A DNA stretch of 64,000 nt from Candidatus Omnitrophota bacterium (GTDB lineage: Bacteria; Omnitrophota; Gorgyraeia; Gygaellales; Profunditerraquicolaceae): assembly GCA_041662125.1 (NCBI GenBank), contig JBAZTA010000003.1, positions 199,992 to 263,991 of the forward strand. The letters run 5' to 3'. Both the position numbers and the translations under genes were made by a program. The notes under the pieces are model-generated. The model worked only from the letters and a program-made list of their open reading frames with translations. It did no database searches and was not told where the DNA came from. Position 1 is the first letter of the stretch, and the number at the start of each line of letters is the position of its first letter. Below, piece by piece: positions 59,830-64,000 of the stretch.

Positions 59830-60834
59830 TTATTTCCCGGTTAAAGGCATTCTTCTGCTGCTGCGTACCACTATGTTAATTATGCAAAACACGAAAAAAT
59901 ACGACAGTAAAGCCCCAAAAACAGCTCCGGGGCCTCGTGGCCTCAAGGAAAGGATATGAGCACTGACAAGCGCCTGAATAAGCCCATACCCAAGTGAAAC
60001 TTTCCAATGAGCAACACCAAATTCATTAGCGAGGATCTGATAAAAATGCCTTCTATGCGCAACAAACAGATTTTCTCTGCCTTTAATACGAATGCACATC
60101 GTGATAATCTCATCCGCGTAAAAGGTAAATAAAAATGAAACAATACACATAAAATCGAGTATATCCCGGGACAAAACTACTGTCAGTGCGGCAAAACTAA
60201 AACCTAAAAACAGGCTTCCGACATCACCCATAAAAATCCGGGCAGCAGGCACATTAAAGGGAAGAAAACCAAGAGTACCAAATACTATCGAGCAAGTCAG
60301 CACAGGCACCCAGGCAACCCCCAGGCTCTGGCTCTTGGAAAAATAAAGCAAAAACCCAAAAGCTATCAATCCAGTTATAGCGGCAATCCCATTGATCCCA
60401 TCCATGAAATTATAGATATTTGCACTGCCGATCAAGAATATCAATAAGAAAAAAAACAAAGGTATTGCAAGTTGGGTATTAAAAGCCTGCCACGACAGGC
60501 AAAAAAACAAGAACAGTATTGATACTGCGCCGTGCAAGAATAATCGGGACAAGCTGGAAAGTTTCGAGATATCAGATATAAATCCGATTATTCCCGCGAG
60601 TGTGCACATAAGTACCAAACAATAGTGCCTGGAAAACAATAGGCCGCTGACAAAAAAAGCCAAAACTATCCCCACGCCACCTCCCCGAAGTGTTGGCACA
60701 CCATGGGAACTACGGCTATTAGGGGTATCCACCAAGCGCTTATGGAGGCAACGCCTGCACATAAGTGAAACAATAAGCGTGCTGGCAGAAAAATTAAATA
60801 ACGCTACTACATTCAAATCATTGATTATACGCAT
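59830..60834 (-). CDS. polyprenyl-phosphate N-acetylhexosamine-1-phosphate transferase (WecA/WbpL/MraY family, GT4 of the PNPT superfamily)
   Basis: Polytopic membrane protein with the MraY/WecA motifs NIYNFMDGINGIA and FMGDVGS. Confidence 0.85.
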   Translation of the reverse strand: MRIINDLNVVALFNFSASTLIVSLMCRRCLHKRLVDTPNSRSSHGVPTLRGGGVGIVLAFFVSGLLFSRHYCLVLMCTLAGIIGFISDISKLSSLSRLFLHGAVSILFLFFCLSWQAFNTQLAIPLFFFLLIFLIGSANIYNFMDGINGIAAITGLIAFGFLLYFSKSQSLGVAWVPVLTCSIVFGTLGFLPFNVPAARIFMGDVGSLFLGFSFAALTVVLSRDILDFMCIVSFLFTFYADEIITMCIRIKGRENLFVAHRRHFYQILANEFGVAHWKVSLGYGLIQALVSAHILSLRPRGPGAVFGALLSYFFVFCIINIVVRSSRRMPLTGK

Positions 60835-60954
60835 AGTTAATTGAGATGAATAACAAAGTATTATAATATCAAACGGGCAAAAAATCCACTCATTTTAGAG
60901 ATAAGGGGAAAGATTTTACAACCAGAGGAGGAAGGGATGATACGGACAAACGAA

Positions 60955-62064
60955 TTAAAGCTTCAACTCTCTGCAATAGGTTTCGATCACTATCTGTTCA
61001 CTAAACTCTCGCAATACTTTTTCCCTGCCCATCCGGCCCATGGACATCCTTTTTTCTAAAGGAAGCTCAATAATTCGCTTCATCGCTTCTTGAAGCTTCA
61101 CAGGGTCCCTCACAGGCACCAGGAATCCACTTACCTGGTCTTCTACGACTTCTCTACAGCCAACCGCATCAGTGGTAATAATGGGTTTTTCCATTGCTGA
61201 AGCTTCTAAGAGGGCTTTAGGAGTTCCTTCCCGATACGACGGCAGGACTACACAATCAGACTCGCACATAAACGGCCGAACATCATCGGTTTCACCGCGG
61301 TATTCCACGAGCCCCTCCCGCTCCCATGCTTCTATCTGAGCTTTTGTTACTGCCGCGGGGTTACCTTTATCGATCATGCCTAAAAGATTGATCTTGACCG
61401 AAGGATACTGTTGTTTAATGATCCTGCTTGCTTCAATAAACTCTCCCACCCCTTTATCCCATAAAATCCTGCCGATAAAACTAAAGATAAATGTATTTTT
61501 AACTTTTTTGACCGCGGCGCAATAGTTTGGATTAAACAGATCTGTATTGACCCCTGAGCCTTTGACCAAAGCGGTTTTAGAGAGCGAAACGATTCTTTTC
61601 TCTAAAAACAGCTTTAAATCATCGCGGTTCTGAAAAAATGTTTTTTCAGCAAACATGCATGCCATCCAATACAAAAACTTGACCAGGTAATAATGCAGGC
61701 CCTTACGCATAAAAATATACCCTAACCCCGAGACCGTATTAACGCATCGTATTCCCGCAAATTTGGCGGCAAGAGCCCCGTAAATATTTGGCTTTATAGA
61801 ATTATGGAAGATAAGCGTTGGTTTTTCCTTTGCGTAAATACTATAAAGGTCTTTAAACAGGCGTAGGTCTTTGTTGAAACTGGTACCTTTTCTGTCGACT
61901 TCAACCGGAATGAACCGGAAACCCAAACCTTCAAGCCGGCCGGTGTATTCATCAGCGTTTGCGCAAAAAATTACTTCATGGCCGCGCTGCCGCAATGCCA
62001 TCATGAAGCCTCTGCGGAAATTATATAAACTCCACGATATATTTGAAACAAACAGGATTTTCAT
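60955..62064 (-). CDS. glycosyltransferase family 4 (GT-B, group 1)
   Basis: KILFVSNISWSLYNFRRGFMMAL N-terminus and a C-terminal GT1/GT4 EX7E-like region (REGTPKALLEASAMEKPIITTD). Confidence 0.85.
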   Translation of the reverse strand: MKILFVSNISWSLYNFRRGFMMALRQRGHEVIFCANADEYTGRLEGLGFRFIPVEVDRKGTSFNKDLRLFKDLYSIYAKEKPTLIFHNSIKPNIYGALAAKFAGIRCVNTVSGLGYIFMRKGLHYYLVKFLYWMACMFAEKTFFQNRDDLKLFLEKRIVSLSKTALVKGSGVNTDLFNPNYCAAVKKVKNTFIFSFIGRILWDKGVGEFIEASRIIKQQYPSVKINLLGMIDKGNPAAVTKAQIEAWEREGLVEYRGETDDVRPFMCESDCVVLPSYREGTPKALLEASAMEKPIITTDAVGCREVVEDQVSGFLVPVRDPVKLQEAMKRIIELPLEKRMSMGRMGREKVLREFSEQIVIETYCRELKL

Positions 62065-62066
62065 AG

Positions 62067-63992
62067 TTATTTCCAGCGCTCATACCATGCCTGAAACATC
62101 AACACATCCCAAAGCAGGTATTGCCAATTCCGTTTTCCTGAAAGATGCTCAGTCAATTTTTCTTGGACCAGGGAATAATTCAGAAATCCTGCCTGGCGTA
62201 TTTTTGACTCGTCCAAAAGAGATTGAGCCCAATCCTTTAAGGGCCCGCGCAGCCACGCATCAATCGGCAAAGCAAAACCCATTTTAGGCCTTTCCACCAG
62301 ATGAGACGGTATGTATTGAGCTAACAAACTCCTCAGTATCATTTTACTTCTCTTGTTTTGCATCTTCATCCCCAGCGGCAGGCGCCAGGCGAACTCTGCA
62401 ACACGGTGATCCAGGTACGGCGCCCGAGATTCCAGGCCTACGCTCATACTGGCCCTGTCTACTTTTACCAGGATATCATCAGGCAAATAGGACAAAGAAT
62501 CTTTATACATCATTTCCTCAGTCAAATCAAGCCAAGGCATCCGGCTTGAGCTATCAGTAATGATCGTGGATGGCTCCTGCGCGTTACGTACAAGCCTTTG
62601 CGGCTCTCTCCAATGTGAAACTAACCCCAGATACATATCATAGGGGCAACGCAGAGATAAAACATCCGCTAATTTATGCATTTTATCTCCGGGCGTCCTC
62701 AGCCGTGCTTTTTTCGGCAAGAGCATAGACATACGGGATAAAAAAGATTCCCATCTATCCGCAGACAAAGCAAGTACCATTCGAGAAAGCATTTCCCTGG
62801 TTTGATACGGCAGCCAGCCAATATTTCTCCAGATATCCTTTACCCAGAAATACCGGTTATACCCGGCGAATATCTCATCCCCGCCATCGCCGGATAAACT
62901 TACCGTTACTTTACTTCTGGTCAATTGAGATACCAGGTGCGTCGGTATTTGAGAGGAATCAGAAAACGGCTCATCATACATATCAGCGAGGCCAGGCACA
63001 ACTGCCATAGCATCATCAACTGTTACATAAAATTCTGTATGCTCTGTCCCCAAATAATGCGCGACCGCTTTAGCCTGAGCAGCTTCATTATATGCAGCTT
63101 CATTTACTCCTATCGTAAAAGTCTTTATGGCCGAGCTACTTTGACGCTGCATAAGCGTAGTTACCAGAGACGAATCCAATCCTCCCGATAAGAATACCCC
63201 CAACGCAACGTCAGATTCCATGCGCAATTTAACTGCGTCACTTAAAAGATCATCCAAAGCTTCTTGCGCCTCTTTTTCTGAGCCGGAAAAAGGATCCTTT
63301 TTACCTGTTTTGACAGCCTCTAACAATGACCAATACGGCACAGGTAAAGTATCCTGCCTTATTTTGATTGAGGCATCAATACGCAGGATTGTCGCAGGCA
63401 AAAGCTTAAAAACGTTGCGATAAATTGCCCGTGGCGCGGGAATACAATTATACCGCATATAAAGTGATAGAGCGTCTCTGTCTATCTCAGGAGTAAATTC
63501 CGGATACGCGCGAAACGCTTTGAGTTCTGAAGCGAATAAAAAAGTATTACCTGCCCATCCGTAATACAGTGGTTTTTCCCCAAAACGGTCACGAATGAGG
63601 CTTAATACACGGTCTTTTCGGTCCCATACGGCAAAAGCGAACATACCATTAAATTTTTGCACTGCCTTTTCCAGGCCGTAGCAGCTGATAGCCGCCAGCA
63701 TAACTTCAGTATCAGAATGGCCGCGAAAACTATTTCCCTGCTCAACAAATTCTTTACGCAGTTCCTTAAAATTATAAACTTCCCCGTTAAAAACAATAAC
63801 AAACCGCCCGCATGCAGATACCATCGGCTGATGGCCTGCTTGAGACAGGTCAATGATCGATAATCGCCTGTGCCCAAGAGCAATACCGGCTTTCTCATCT
63901 ACCCAACTTCCCTCATCATCAGGGCCGCGATGCCGCAAAGTTAGAGACATGCGCTTAATACTACCCTCAAGAGAGCTTGCTTTTTGACTCAC
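62067..63992 (-). CDS. asparagine synthase (glutamine-hydrolysing) family amidotransferase, 5' end probably beyond the window
   Basis: HRGPDDEG, RRLSIIDL, VFNGEVYNF and the PP-loop SGGLDSS. A typical N-terminus (MCG...) is not seen before the window edge. Its glycan-cluster context suggests a WbpS-like sugar amidotransferase rather than housekeeping AsnB. Confidence 0.88.
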   Translation of the reverse strand: MSQKASSLEGSIKRMSLTLRHRGPDDEGSWVDEKAGIALGHRRLSIIDLSQAGHQPMVSACGRFVIVFNGEVYNFKELRKEFVEQGNSFRGHSDTEVMLAAISCYGLEKAVQKFNGMFAFAVWDRKDRVLSLIRDRFGEKPLYYGWAGNTFLFASELKAFRAYPEFTPEIDRDALSLYMRYNCIPAPRAIYRNVFKLLPATILRIDASIKIRQDTLPVPYWSLLEAVKTGKKDPFSGSEKEAQEALDDLLSDAVKLRMESDVALGVFLSGGLDSSLVTTLMQRQSSSAIKTFTIGVNEAAYNEAAQAKAVAHYLGTEHTEFYVTVDDAMAVVPGLADMYDEPFSDSSQIPTHLVSQLTRSKVTVSLSGDGGDEIFAGYNRYFWVKDIWRNIGWLPYQTREMLSRMVLALSADRWESFLSRMSMLLPKKARLRTPGDKMHKLADVLSLRCPYDMYLGLVSHWREPQRLVRNAQEPSTIITDSSSRMPWLDLTEEMMYKDSLSYLPDDILVKVDRASMSVGLESRAPYLDHRVAEFAWRLPLGMKMQNKRSKMILRSLLAQYIPSHLVERPKMGFALPIDAWLRGPLKDWAQSLLDESKIRQAGFLNYSLVQEKLTEHLSGKRNWQYLLWDVLMFQAWYERWK

Positions 63993-64000
63993 GCGAAGGT

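Noticed and set aside
60835-60954. Promoter between the GT4 and WecA-like genes
   Set aside because: A TATAAT hexamer exists, but I found no acceptable -35 at 16-18 nt spacing. I left it unannotated.

Overview
This 64-kb window comes from a low-GC bacterium that I cannot assign to a phylum from sequence alone; the ExbBD and heptose-LPS genes suggest it is diderm and it may be an anaerobe. Every gene I can support is on the minus strand, and I recognise no rRNA, tRNA, CRISPR array or mobile element.

Gene content, from high to low coordinates:
- 42.6-64 kb: a large cell-envelope glycan/LPS-type cluster. It holds GT4, GT2 and GT9 heptosyltransferases, GmhB, a DegT-family aminotransferase, a PglF/CapD-like dehydratase, a WecA/MraY-family initiating transferase, two WaaL/Wzy-like membrane proteins, a large GT-C-like membrane protein, a nucleotidyltransferase-GT2 fusion, two cobalamin-dependent radical SAM enzymes and an AsnB-like amidotransferase.
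- 36.3-42.7 kb: priA, fmt, two tandem GalT-like HIT-family paralogs and gap.
- 25.6-36.2 kb: a fused membrane/spermidine-synthase-like protein, pgk-tpiA-secG and a five-gene Opp/Dpp-type ABC transporter.
- 24.7-25.6 kb: rplM-rpsI.
- 7.5-24.6 kb: a contiguous run argCJBD-argF-argG-argH-lysA-dapF-lemA-dapA-dapB-M42 peptidase-dapL-folK-panC-nadX.
- 0.1-7.5 kb: uvrA, a large TPR protein, exbB-exbD and two small downstream ORFs.

The most unusual items are:
- a family of GC-rich structured repeat modules in the leaders around the GalT paralogs and the gap region;
- a GalT paralog that has lost its nucleophilic histidine;
- a tiny lysine-rich protein with an internal duplication, next to a perfect 17-bp palindrome ahead of uvrA;
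- a PriA with degenerate ATPase motifs;
- a glycan cluster carrying two B12-radical SAM enzymes and an NDP-sugar-synthesis/polyprenyl-P-transferase fusion.
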